A DNA stretch of 64,000 nucleotides, taken from NCBI GenBank assembly GCA_900550255.1, contig URQZ01000005.1:8208-72207 (forward strand), read 5' to 3'. Under the pieces are notes generated by a model that was not told the DNA's origin, did not search any database, and was given only the letters and a program-made list of their open reading frames with translations. Position 1 is the first letter of the stretch. The number at the start of each line of letters is the position of its first letter. This DNA comes from an uncultured Mycoplasmatota bacterium (GTDB lineage Bacteria; Bacillota_I; Bacilli_A; RF39; UBA660). Both the position numbers and the translations under genes were made by a program. Of this stretch, positions 42,009 to 50,941 are shown one piece after another.

Positions 42009-42731
42009 ATGATAAAATTTATAGTATGTGATGATATTAAAGAATTTAGATTAAAGATAAAAGATTTTATAAACGATGTTTTAGTAGGTAGTAAGTTGGA
42101 ATATGATGTTATTCAATTTGAAAAGTATGACAAGGATTTTGCTAAATTAATAAAAAATGATGGCGCAGCCAAAATATATATATTGGATATTGAATTAAAG
42201 GAAGGCATTTCTGGAATAGATATTGCTAGAAGAATTAGAAAAGTTGATTGGGATAGCATTATAATTATGGTTACTTCTCACAATGAATTAGGTTATGATG
42301 CTTTGAAAGCTCAAATAATGTTATTAGATTTTATATCTAAGTATGATAATTGTGAAAAGAATTTAAAAAGAGTTTTAAAGAAAGCAATAAAACAAATTGA
42401 TTCTAAAAAAGTTATTGCTTATGAATATTTAGGTGTTGCTTATAGAGTTTATTTAGATGATATTATTTATGTCGTTAAAGATACAGTTGATCGAAAGTGT
42501 ATTATTAAAACAGATTATAATGAAGTTATTGCTAATAAAAATATGAATGAAGTAATTGATGAGTTAGATGAGAGATTTTATTTAACGCATCAAAGTTGTT
42601 TAGTAAATACTCAAAAAATTTCTAGAATCGATTTTAAAAATAATACTATTTATTTTCAAAATGGAATGAGTATAAATTTACTTTCTAGAGATAAAAGGAA
42701 AGGATTAAAGAAATATGTTGGAGTTAAGTAG
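42009..42731 (+). CDS. LytTR-family response regulator (AgrA-like)
   Basis: Receiver domain (MIKFIVCDD...YILDIEL) plus a C-terminal LytTR DNA-binding domain (FYLTHQSCLVNTQKI). The ATG at 42009 follows GGAG. Confidence 0.85.
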   Translation: MIKFIVCDDIKEFRLKIKDFINDVLVGSKLEYDVIQFEKYDKDFAKLIKNDGAAKIYILDIELKEGISGIDIARRIRKVDWDSIIIMVTSHNELGYDALKAQIMLLDFISKYDNCEKNLKRVLKKAIKQIDSKKVIAYEYLGVAYRVYLDDIIYVVKDTVDRKCIIKTDYNEVIANKNMNEVIDELDERFYLTHQSCLVNTQKISRIDFKNNTIYFQNGMSINLLSRDKRKGLKKYVGVK

Positions 42732-44028
42732 TTGGTTTATAATAGGTATTATTTACAATTATTTTTATTGTTATATATATTCTAGATTTAATAATAAAGA
42801 AAAATTTAAAATAAATAAAACTAATATATTAATCTGTTTATTAATTTCTTTTTTGTATTGTCTAGTTTTAACATTTGAAACAAAAGAAATTATGGTGATT
42901 TTCAAATTTATATTAACTATGTTATTATTTAAAATAGTATATAATGATAATTTATCAAAATTATTGATTAATTCTTTTTTTATATATGTCATATTTGCTA
43001 TAGGTGAAATGTTTTTTGCAATAATATTTGTGATGCTGTTAAATATTGATAAGACATTTGTTCAAACCAATTTTATTGGAATAATTTTTGCTAATGTATC
43101 AATTTTGGTGATAGTTTTAATTCTTATAAATTTTCATTTTATAGAAAAAAATATAGTGCGTATAATTGAATGGTATAAAAATAAAAAAATAGTCAATAAT
43201 ATTATTCTAATTTTTTTTGGATTAATTATGATGTTTTTCTTTATATTTTATAATTATTTAAAAATAGAATCTAAAGAAATATTTTTTATAAATAATGCTT
43301 TTTTTATAAGTGTAATAATATTTATAATAAGTTTTTTTAAGGAAAAAACAGATAATGCACGATTATCGTCAGAGTATGATCAATTATTAGATTATGTAAA
43401 AACTTATGAAGAGGTAATAGAAGAAAAAAGTAAAAATCAACATGAATATAATAATCAGTTAATACTAATTAGAGAAATGTTAGGAAACAGAAACAAAAAA
43501 GTAAGGGAATACATTGATCAAATATTATCTATAGAAAATGAGCAAAGTAAAAGTAATTGGTTGAATAAAATTAAAAATATACCAAATGGTGGACTTAAAG
43601 GATTAATACATTACAAAATTGTTGAAATGGAAAAGAAAAAAATAAAGTTATATATAGATATAAATGAAAATGTTAATAATAAAAAAACTAATAAATATTT
43701 AAGAGACAATTTAAATGATATAAGTAAAATTATAGGTGTATATTTAGATAACGCTAGAGAAGCTGCATTGAAAAGTAAGGAAAAGTATATAATAATAGAA
43801 GTTGAATGTAATAAAGACAAACTAAATTTTTCTATATCAAATACATATAAGGGTAGAATTAATCTGAGCAAAATTGATAATGCCGGTTATAGTAAAAAAG
43901 GAAAAAATAGAGGATATGGATTATCATTAGTTCATGATATAATTTCGAAAAGAGATGATGTAGAACAGTATAGAGAATTTAATGGAATTTATTTTGTTCA
44001 GCATATTTGTTTAAAATATAAAAAATAA
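42715..44028 (+). CDS. AgrC-like (HPK10) membrane sensor histidine kinase
   Basis: Six or seven TM helices, candidate H-box KNQHEYNNQL, GHKL ATPase domain with GYGLSLV. Overlaps the response regulator gene stop. Confidence 0.8.
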   Translation: MLELSSWFIIGIIYNYFYCYIYSRFNNKEKFKINKTNILICLLISFLYCLVLTFETKEIMVIFKFILTMLLFKIVYNDNLSKLLINSFFIYVIFAIGEMFFAIIFVMLLNIDKTFVQTNFIGIIFANVSILVIVLILINFHFIEKNIVRIIEWYKNKKIVNNIILIFFGLIMMFFFIFYNYLKIESKEIFFINNAFFISVIIFIISFFKEKTDNARLSSEYDQLLDYVKTYEEVIEEKSKNQHEYNNQLILIREMLGNRNKKVREYIDQILSIENEQSKSNWLNKIKNIPNGGLKGLIHYKIVEMEKKKIKLYIDINENVNNKKTNKYLRDNLNDISKIIGVYLDNAREAALKSKEKYIIIEVECNKDKLNFSISNTYKGRINLSKIDNAGYSKKGKNRGYGLSLVHDIISKRDDVEQYREFNGIYFVQHICLKYKK

Positions 44029-44049
44029 GACTCAAAGGTCTTATTTTTC
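44025..44049. terminator. Bidirectional terminator between the convergent kinase and AgrD-like genes
   Basis: Stem ataagac/gtcttat with a 6-nt loop, flanked by A5 on the left and T5 on the right. Overlaps both stop codons. Confidence 0.6.
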
Positions 44050-44163
44050 TATAATACTTTTTGGACATTCTGGTTCATCATATAACCATGTTAAACATTC
44101 GCTATTACTATTACTTATTGATAAATTTGCAACCATTCCAAATATTTTTGATAAAAATCCCAT
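44041..44163 (-). CDS. agrD: AgrD-like autoinducing peptide precursor (40 aa; not in the ORF track)
   Basis: My own translation gives MGFLSKIFGMVANLSISNSNSECLTWLYDEPECPKSIIEK. AAGGAGGAAG SD upstream. Amphipathic leader, Cys-containing core, acidic E-P-x-x-P-K tail. Immediately downstream of agrB. Confidence 0.75.
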   Translation of the reverse strand: MGFLSKIFGMVANLSISNSNSECLTWLYDEPECPKSIIEK

Positions 44164-44203
44164 TTTTCTTCCTCCTTTTTATTCTATATTAAACATTTAA
44201 TGT

Positions 44204-44818
44204 TTAACCTAAATTATTTTCTAATATATAAGTTTTATAATTGTTATAACTTAAATTAAAAATCTTATATGTTATAGGTAAAATCATAAATACTTCATTC
44301 CAAATTCCAAATATAATTAAATTTGAAATAGTATCATCCTTAATAATTAAACTTAATATTACTAAAAATATACATTTAATAGTTGTTTTAAACTTATACA
44401 TTTCTCTTTTTTCCTTTTTAATTAAAGGTCTTTTTTTTGTATCAGCTGGAGCGTATATATATATTAGTAAAATAGAACAAATCCCTAATAGAAATTTAAA
44501 ATTAAGAGGAATGTTTATTATCTTTGATAGTAGTGGAAAACACAAGAATACAATAGAGGATGATAATAAACATATCCAACTTTTAGTGGCGTGTAAACCA
44601 AATCCAGTAGATCTTAATACATTAAATATTACTAACATAATTAACATCTCTTTGAACACTCCTAAAATTAATGAAAAGGCAGCTATAATTATCAACTTTG
44701 TAAAAGATAAATAGAACCCTTCGAGACTATACCTCATTTCAGCTATTTTAATGTCATCATAATCTGGATGTGATTCTTTTATGCAATTGATTGCAAAGTT
44801 TAGAAAATTTTTTTTCAT
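44204..44818 (-). CDS. agrB: Accessory gene regulator B (AgrD-processing membrane peptidase)
   Basis: Conserved catalytic region RSTGFGLHATKSWIC (His/Cys) and YAPADTKKRPL motif. The start is probably the ATG at 44818; the alternative is 44854. Confidence 0.85.
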   Translation of the reverse strand: MKKNFLNFAINCIKESHPDYDDIKIAEMRYSLEGFYLSFTKLIIIAAFSLILGVFKEMLIMLVIFNVLRSTGFGLHATKSWICLLSSSIVFLCFPLLSKIINIPLNFKFLLGICSILLIYIYAPADTKKRPLIKKEKREMYKFKTTIKCIFLVILSLIIKDDTISNLIIFGIWNEVFMILPITYKIFNLSYNNYKTYILENNLG

Positions 44819-45104
44819 AAATAATACCGCCTTATCCTGAAGAAATGTTATCATGAAAAAAGGCTGAAAATTTTGATTTCTACTTGTTTTACATTTGCAC
44901 TAGCACAAGTTGTTTATTAACAAAAATCGACATATTTAAAAATTACCAAATTGACATAAAAAATGCCCGAATTTGCAACTTTCGTTGTATACCTGCATTT
45001 TATTTGATAATATCGTATCGTGACTGTTAGATTGTAGTCGCTAGTCATTAAATATTTTGTCGTTTTTTGATGACTGAAATTTATTGAAAAAGGTGGTTAG
45101 AAAA

Positions 45105-45368
45105 ATGTATAGTGATAATGTAAGAGGTAAGCTTACTAGAGGGGAGATGTCAGCATTGAAAGGTAAAGTAAAATGGTTCAACAATGAAAAGGGTTTTGGT
45201 TTTATCGAATACAATGATTGTGAAGATATTTTTGTTCATTACTCTTCGATTTTATCTGAAGGATATAAAACCTTAGTTGAAGGACAATATGTTGAATTTG
45301 AATTAGTAAGAACTGATAAAGGTCTTCAAGCAAAAAATGTTGTAGAAATCAAAACTACTTTAGTATAG
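45105..45368 (+). CDS. Cold-shock protein (CspA family)
   Basis: RNP1 KGFGFI, RNP2 VFVHY. The start is uncertain: 45105 (AAGGTGG SD) or 45147 (canonical-length protein). Confidence 0.85.
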   Translation: MYSDNVRGKLTRGEMSALKGKVKWFNNEKGFGFIEYNDCEDIFVHYSSILSEGYKTLVEGQYVEFELVRTDKGLQAKNVVEIKTTLV

Positions 45369-45379
45369 TAGTTTTTTTT
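45352..45379 (+). terminator. Rho-independent terminator overlapping the csp stop
   Basis: Stem aaactact/agtagttt, 7-nt loop, T8 run. Confidence 0.6.
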
Positions 45380-45430
45380 GTTTCAATAAAAAAAGAATTG
45401 TGTTATAATTAAAGTAGGAAGGGTGATATC

Positions 45431-45961
45431 ATGAAATTTAATATTCGTGGAAGTAAAGACATCTTAGATGAATCAGTAAAAAATTACATTGAAACAAAAA
45501 TTGGAAAACTAGACAAATACTTTGAAAATCCAGATGAAATAACAGCAAACATCTTAGTTAAAGAATCAGGAATAAAAGAAACAATTGAAGTTACAATTCC
45601 AATAAAGAAAGCCATTCTTAGAGCAGAAGATAGTAACAAAGATATTTATGCTGCTATTGATTTAGTTTTAGAAAAACTAGAAAGACAAATTCGTAAGAAT
45701 AAAACAAAAATCAAACATAAAACAAATAAGGAAAATATAGATGTATTTATTGACTTTGAAATAACAGAAGAAGAAGTTAATAATAATAAAATTATAAAAA
45801 GAAAAAAAGTTGAAAATAAACCAATGGATGAAGAAGAAGCAATATTACAAATGGATCTTTTAGGACATGACTTCTTTATATTTAAAAACATTTCAACTGA
45901 TAATGTTGCCGTTGTATATAGAAGAAAAGACGGAGATTATGGAATTATAGAAATGATATAG
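45431..45961 (+). CDS. hpf: Ribosome hibernation promoting factor, long form
   Basis: N-terminal RaiA/S30AE domain plus the C-terminal dimerisation domain (MDEEEAILQMDLLGHDFFIFKN). Conserved hpf-secA synteny. Confidence 0.9.
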   Translation: MKFNIRGSKDILDESVKNYIETKIGKLDKYFENPDEITANILVKESGIKETIEVTIPIKKAILRAEDSNKDIYAAIDLVLEKLERQIRKNKTKIKHKTNKENIDVFIDFEITEEEVNNNKIIKRKKVENKPMDEEEAILQMDLLGHDFFIFKNISTDNVAVVYRRKDGDYGIIEMI

Positions 45962-45963
45962 CT

Positions 45964-45991
45964 AAAAGTTCTTTTAAATAAGAACTTTTTT
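45964..45991 (+). terminator. Rho-independent terminator after hpf
   Basis: 10-bp stem aaaagttctt/aagaactttt with a 6-nt loop and T run. Confidence 0.65.
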
Positions 45992-46062
45992 AATTAAATT
46001 ACTATTATTTTTTTGGTTTTTTTGATAAAATATAATATAGTTATTTAGAAAGGATGATATGA

Positions 46063-48555
46063 ATGTCATTTTTCAAAAAAATATTTGATCATGAATATAA
46101 AGAATTAGAAAAATTTAAAAAAATAGCTGATGAAATAATGGAATTAGATCCAGTAATCAGTAAATTAACAGATAAAGAATTAAAAGGAAAAACAAAAGAA
46201 TTTAAAGAAAGACTTGAAAATGACGAAACACTAGAAGATCTTTTAGTGGAAGCTTTCGCAGTAGCACGTGAAGCAGCCTTCCGTGTAATTGGTGAGAAGC
46301 CTTACTATGTCCAAATTTTAGGTGGACTTGCTATTCATTATGGTAATATAGCTGAAATGAAAACAGGTGAAGGAAAGACACTTACTGAAACAATGCCAGC
46401 ATACTTAAATGCTCTAACAGGAGATGGAGTACATATTATTACTGTAAACGAATACCTAGCAGGCAGAGATGCTGAATGGATGGGAGAAATCTATCGTTTC
46501 TTAGGACTTACAGTAGGAATAAATTATCGAGAAAATACAGCTCAAGAAAAAAAAGAAGCTTATAACTGCGATATTATGTATACAACTAATAATGAATTAG
46601 GTTTTGATTATTTGAGAGACAATATGGTAGTTAAAGCAGATCAAAGAGTTCAAAGACCACTTAATTTCGTAATCGTAGATGAAGTAGACTCAGTTTTAAT
46701 AGATGAGGCAAGAACGCCACTTATTATATCTGGTGGTCATATGGAATCTGCTAATTTATATATAGATGCAGATAAATTTGTAAAGAAATTAAAAGAAAAT
46801 GATGGATATATATATGATGAGAAGAGTAAAGCTGTAACTTTGGATGATAAAGGTATAAAGTTAGGTGAAGAATACTTTAGAGTTAACAATTTATATGATA
46901 TAAATAATACAACTTTAGTTCATCATATTAATCAAGCTTTAAAAGCTAATTATGCTATGAAAAATGACTTTGATTATGTTGTAAAAGAAGGAAAAGTTAT
47001 AATTGTAGACCAATTTACAGGAAGACTAATGCCAGGTAGAAGTTACTCAGATGGTCTTCATCAAGCAATAGAAGCTAAAGAAGGTGTTGAAATTGAACAA
47101 GAAACAAGAACTTTAGCTACAATTACATTCCAAAACTTATTTAGAATGTATAAAAAAATATCTGGTATGACAGGTACAGCTAAAACAGAAGAAGAAGAAT
47201 TCAGAGAAATTTATAATATGTATGTTATAACAATTCCAACTAATAAACCTGTTATTAGAGAAGATTTTGGAGATTTAATTTTTGCGACTAAAAAAGGTAA
47301 ATATAAAGCAATCGTTAATGAAATTAAAGAAAGACATGCTAAAGGTCAACCAGTACTTGTCGGTACTATAGCTGTTGAAACTAGTGAATTAATAAGTTCA
47401 ATGTTAAAAAAAGAACATATTAAACATGAGGTTTTAAATGCAAAAAACCATGCACGTGAAGCTGAAATAATTGCAAATGCTGGTAAAAAAGGATCAGTAA
47501 CAATTGCAACAAACATGGCTGGACGTGGAACAGACATTAAGATAGATGATGAAGTAAGACAACTTGGAGGATTATGTGTTCTTGGAACAGAACGTCATGA
47601 ATCAAGACGTATTGATAACCAATTAAGAGGACGTTCAGGTCGTCAAGGTGATCCAGGTGTATCTCAATTCTGTGTTTCATTTGAAGATGATTTAATGGTT
47701 AGATTTGGAACTGATAAAGCAAAAGGTATTTTAGCTCGTGCTGGATTTGATGAAGATGCTTCTATTAGAATTGGAATGTTATCAAAATCAATTGAATCAG
47801 CTCAAAAAAGAGTTGAAGGAAATAACTTCGATATAAGAAAAACTTTACTTCAATATGATGATGTTATAAATCAACAAAGAGAATATATTTATGAAAAAAG
47901 AAATGAAATCTTAGATTGTGATTCAATTCATGAAACAGTGTTAGAAACATTTAAAAATTTTATAACTGATTTAGTTAATAGTCATATTATGCCAGAAGGA
48001 TATTTAACTGAAAATGATTTAAATGAAATTTTAGAGTTTACTAATGAACATTTATTAAAAAGAAAATTAGATTTGATTGATATCAAAGATAGAACTGAAG
48101 ATGAATTAATTGAATACTTATATGAAAGAGTATTAAAAGAATATGATGAAAAACTAAGTGAAATTCCAGAAGAAGTTGCAAATGAATTTGAAAAAGCTAT
48201 TTCTCTTAGAGTTATTGATACTCATTGGATGAATCATATTAATACAATGTCACATTTAAGAGAGGGAATTGGTCTTAGAAGTTATGCTCAAGAAAATCCT
48301 TTAAGAGCTTATACTAATGAAGGATTTGAGTTATATGATGAGTTATTAAATACAATTGATCAAGAAACAACTATGTTCCTATTAAAATCAGAAATAAGAC
48401 AAAATATAGAAAGAAAACAAGTTGTAAAGGGAAAAGCTGTAACGGATAACAATAAAACAAAAAAAGCAACACCTAAAAGAGTTAACAAAATAGGTAGAAA
48501 TGACCCATGTCCATGTGGAAGTGGTAAGAAATACAAACAATGCTGTGGTAAATAG
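46063..48555 (+). CDS. secA: Preprotein translocase ATPase SecA with a C-terminal SEC-C zinc motif
   Basis: Walker A MKTGEGKTL, DEAD-like VDEVDS, conserved RGRSGRQGDPG, C-terminus CPCGSGKKYKQCCGK. Confidence 0.95.
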   Translation: MSFFKKIFDHEYKELEKFKKIADEIMELDPVISKLTDKELKGKTKEFKERLENDETLEDLLVEAFAVAREAAFRVIGEKPYYVQILGGLAIHYGNIAEMKTGEGKTLTETMPAYLNALTGDGVHIITVNEYLAGRDAEWMGEIYRFLGLTVGINYRENTAQEKKEAYNCDIMYTTNNELGFDYLRDNMVVKADQRVQRPLNFVIVDEVDSVLIDEARTPLIISGGHMESANLYIDADKFVKKLKENDGYIYDEKSKAVTLDDKGIKLGEEYFRVNNLYDINNTTLVHHINQALKANYAMKNDFDYVVKEGKVIIVDQFTGRLMPGRSYSDGLHQAIEAKEGVEIEQETRTLATITFQNLFRMYKKISGMTGTAKTEEEEFREIYNMYVITIPTNKPVIREDFGDLIFATKKGKYKAIVNEIKERHAKGQPVLVGTIAVETSELISSMLKKEHIKHEVLNAKNHAREAEIIANAGKKGSVTIATNMAGRGTDIKIDDEVRQLGGLCVLGTERHESRRIDNQLRGRSGRQGDPGVSQFCVSFEDDLMVRFGTDKAKGILARAGFDEDASIRIGMLSKSIESAQKRVEGNNFDIRKTLLQYDDVINQQREYIYEKRNEILDCDSIHETVLETFKNFITDLVNSHIMPEGYLTENDLNEILEFTNEHLLKRKLDLIDIKDRTEDELIEYLYERVLKEYDEKLSEIPEEVANEFEKAISLRVIDTHWMNHINTMSHLREGIGLRSYAQENPLRAYTNEGFELYDELLNTIDQETTMFLLKSEIRQNIERKQVVKGKAVTDNNKTKKATPKRVNKIGRNDPCPCGSGKKYKQCCGK

Positions 48556-48606
48556 CTTATAAAATAAGTCTTTCCAGAGATTTGGAAGGACAAAAAAATC
48601 TTGAAA

Positions 48607-48661
48607 TTTGTCATCTGTCATCCATTTGTCATCCAAAAATGAAAAAGATGACAAAGATGAC
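48607..48661. repeat. Cluster of five GTCATC/GATGAC hexamers (three direct, two inverted) between secA and the integrase remnant
   Basis: GTCATC at 48610, 48617 and 48628. GATGAC at 48647 and 48656. The 9-bp inverted repeat tttgtcatc/gatgacaaa lies within the cluster. Confidence 0.7.
48616..48634 (+). repeat. Left copy of an 18/19 direct repeat, tgtcaYccatttgtcatcc
   Basis: Matches 61935-61953 with one mismatch (T/C at position 6). Confidence 0.75.
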
Positions 48662-48723
48662 TTATGGGAGTTAGTATCTAATGCTAACTCTTTTTCATTT
48701 GCTGATATTAGGGAGGAAAAATT

Positions 48724-49302
48724 ATGATTAATATCAGAAAAAGAGGAAAAGTCTATCAATATTCATTTGAAATTGCGAAAGTTGATGGAAAAAGACGACA
48801 AATAACAAAGTCAGGATTTGCTACAAAGTCAGAAGCACAGAAAGCAGGAGTTATAGCATATAATGAATATATGAATAACGGAAAAATATTTAATTCAAGT
48901 AATATGTCTTATGCAGATTACTTAGAGTATTGGATTAGCACATATGCAAATCTGAATTTAAAATATTCCACAATAGTAACTTATTACAATATAATAAAAA
49001 TTCATTTAAAACCAAGAATTGGTCATTATATGTTATCTCAAATTGACTCAAGATTATTACAGCAAACTATTAATAAAATTTATGTAGATAATTCATTTTC
49101 AAAAAATTATATTGCAAGTATATTAAAAGTAATAAAGGGTTCTTTTAAATATGCATGTTATTCTTTAAATCTTATCAATGAAAATTCAGCAGAAAGAGTT
49201 CATGCACCAAGAATGAATAAAATTGATAAGGATCCAGTTCATATATTTACACAGGAAGAAATGGAAAAAATATTAAAAAATATAGACAAGAGAAAAATAT
49301 GA
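48724..49302 (+). pseudogene. Tyrosine recombinase (phage/ICE integrase) N-terminal fragment lacking the catalytic domain
   Basis: Arm-type DNA-binding N-terminus (IRKRGKVYQYSFEIAKVDGKRRQITKSGFATKSEAQKAG) and a SAM-like core-binding domain. Stops at 192 aa, where the catalytic domain should begin. Confidence 0.75.
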
Positions 49303-49458
49303 TACAGGCAGAATTAGCAGAAAAAGCAGATTTATCACATGATTATATAAGACAAATAGAGTCTGAAAAGATTGCTAATACTTTTTTCTGTACAAACAGT
49401 ATATGATATTTCAAAGGCACTTGACATTAGTATAGAATTATTATTTAAGGTTGAATAA
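49299..49458 (+). pseudogene. XRE-family HTH regulator remnant, 5'-truncated and frameshifted
   Basis: IQAELAEKADLSHDYIRQIESEK... continues in another frame as ...VQTVYDISKALDISIELLFKVE. The T6 run near 49384 appears to cause the frameshift. Confidence 0.6.
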
Positions 49459-49547
49459 AGTATGTAATAATATTTATGTACTTTTTGATTTTATTATATA
49501 TAAGTATGATATAATATAGATATATTTCTGATTGGAGGTATGTTTAT

Positions 49548-50435
49548 ATGGATAATTTTAATCTGAACTTATTTAAATATTTTTATTATGTTGTGCTATA
49601 CAACGGAGTCACCAATGCATCTAAAAATTTAAGTGTTGCACAACCATCTTTAAGTTTAAGTATTAAAAATTTAGAAGGTCAGTTACAAAAGGCATTAATT
49701 GATAGAACAAGTAAACAATTTATGTTAACTGATGAAGGAGAAAAACTTTTTGAATTGTTAAAACCATTTTTTGAAAATATGGAAAAAAATATAGATTTTT
49801 CTAATAAGAAAAATAAATATGAAGTAATAAATATAGGTATACGTTATTGCTATGCAAAAAGTATATTAAGTAATTTTATTACCCTATATAGTCAAGAACA
49901 TCCTAAAATTAAATTAAATATAGATTTATATTCTAAACTAAATTTTGAAAAGGTAAAGAACAAAGAATATGATATTGTAATTGATGATTACGATTATGTA
50001 AGTCAATTGGAAAATATATCAATTGAAAATTTAATTAGTATAAAGAACTATTTTATATGTGGTAATAAATATTATAATGATTTTAAAGATGTAAGAAGTA
50101 TAAGTGAACTTGATGAAGCACCTTTTATTTCTTATAGGCCATCATTAAAAACTGGAAAATTTAGAAAGTTATGTTATGATAACAATGTAAGTTTTATTGA
50201 ACTATATAATGTTAATGAATCAGATTTATATTTTGATTTATTGATTAAAAATTCAGTAATAGGTTTTACAAATGAGATACTTTTAAAAGAGTATTTAAAC
50301 AATAATGATATTAACATAATTAAAGTTTGTGAAGAAATATTCAATGATCAAATTTCACTAGCAATATCTAAAAGAAATAAGAATATAGATGAGTTTTCAA
50401 AAATGTTAATATCATATATAAATGAGGTGTTATAA
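49548..50435 (+). CDS. LysR-family transcriptional regulator
   Basis: N-terminal wHTH FKYFYYVVLYNGVTNASKNLSVAQPSLSLSIKNLE plus an about 200-aa substrate-binding domain. Confidence 0.85.
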   Translation: MDNFNLNLFKYFYYVVLYNGVTNASKNLSVAQPSLSLSIKNLEGQLQKALIDRTSKQFMLTDEGEKLFELLKPFFENMEKNIDFSNKKNKYEVINIGIRYCYAKSILSNFITLYSQEHPKIKLNIDLYSKLNFEKVKNKEYDIVIDDYDYVSQLENISIENLISIKNYFICGNKYYNDFKDVRSISELDEAPFISYRPSLKTGKFRKLCYDNNVSFIELYNVNESDLYFDLLIKNSVIGFTNEILLKEYLNNNDINIIKVCEEIFNDQISLAISKRNKNIDEFSKMLISYINEVL

Positions 50436-50941
50436 TGGAAAAATGGGATTTATATGATAATAAATTAGATAAAACGAATTTATCTGTGTTTAGTGATGAA
50501 GAAATTCCTAATGGATATTATCATATGGCAATTGATATATGGATAGTAAATAATGAAAAAAAATTAATGTTAGTTAAAAATAGCATAGATTATACTAAGC
50601 TATATCCTGACTATTGGGTGAATATTGGTGGTAATTTATTAAGCAACGAAAATATAGAGTTTTGTATTAAAAGAGTTTTAAATGATAAATTAGGATTAAA
50701 TATAAATACATTTAATTATGAAATTAAACATCCTATAAAAAGAGATCCACATAAATATGCTTATATGACTTGTATTTTATTTGAAGATATAAATATTAAA
50801 AATATTGAATTAAGTGATTCTAACTATGCAGATATTAATTTTTTTACTAAGGATGAAGTGAAAAGAATGTGCAATAATGGGGAAGTTGCTTATTATTTGA
50901 TAGATAGAATTAATGATCAAATAATAGATTATTTAAATTAA
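50435..50941 (+). CDS. Nudix-fold protein with a degenerate Nudix box
   Basis: GGNLLSNENIEFCIKRVLNDKLGL aligns to GX5EX7REUXEEXGU, but REVxEE is RVLNDK. The ATG overlaps the LysR stop (TAATG). Confidence 0.6.
   Translation: MEKWDLYDNKLDKTNLSVFSDEEIPNGYYHMAIDIWIVNNEKKLMLVKNSIDYTKLYPDYWVNIGGNLLSNENIEFCIKRVLNDKLGLNINTFNYEIKHPIKRDPHKYAYMTCILFEDINIKNIELSDSNYADINFFTKDEVKRMCNNGEVAYYLIDRINDQIIDYLN

Noticed and set aside
44511-44714. 67-aa + strand ORF inside agrB.
   Set aside because: It is antisense to a gene with clear AgrB catalytic motifs and has no SD.
48388-48759. 123-aa minus-strand ORF (and 48360-48614) spanning the secA 3' end, the intergenic iteron cluster and the integrase start.
   Set aside because: It overlaps two better-supported + strand genes, has no SD and has no recognisable domain. 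Its length is explained by the GTCATC repeat tract, which lacks stops on that strand.
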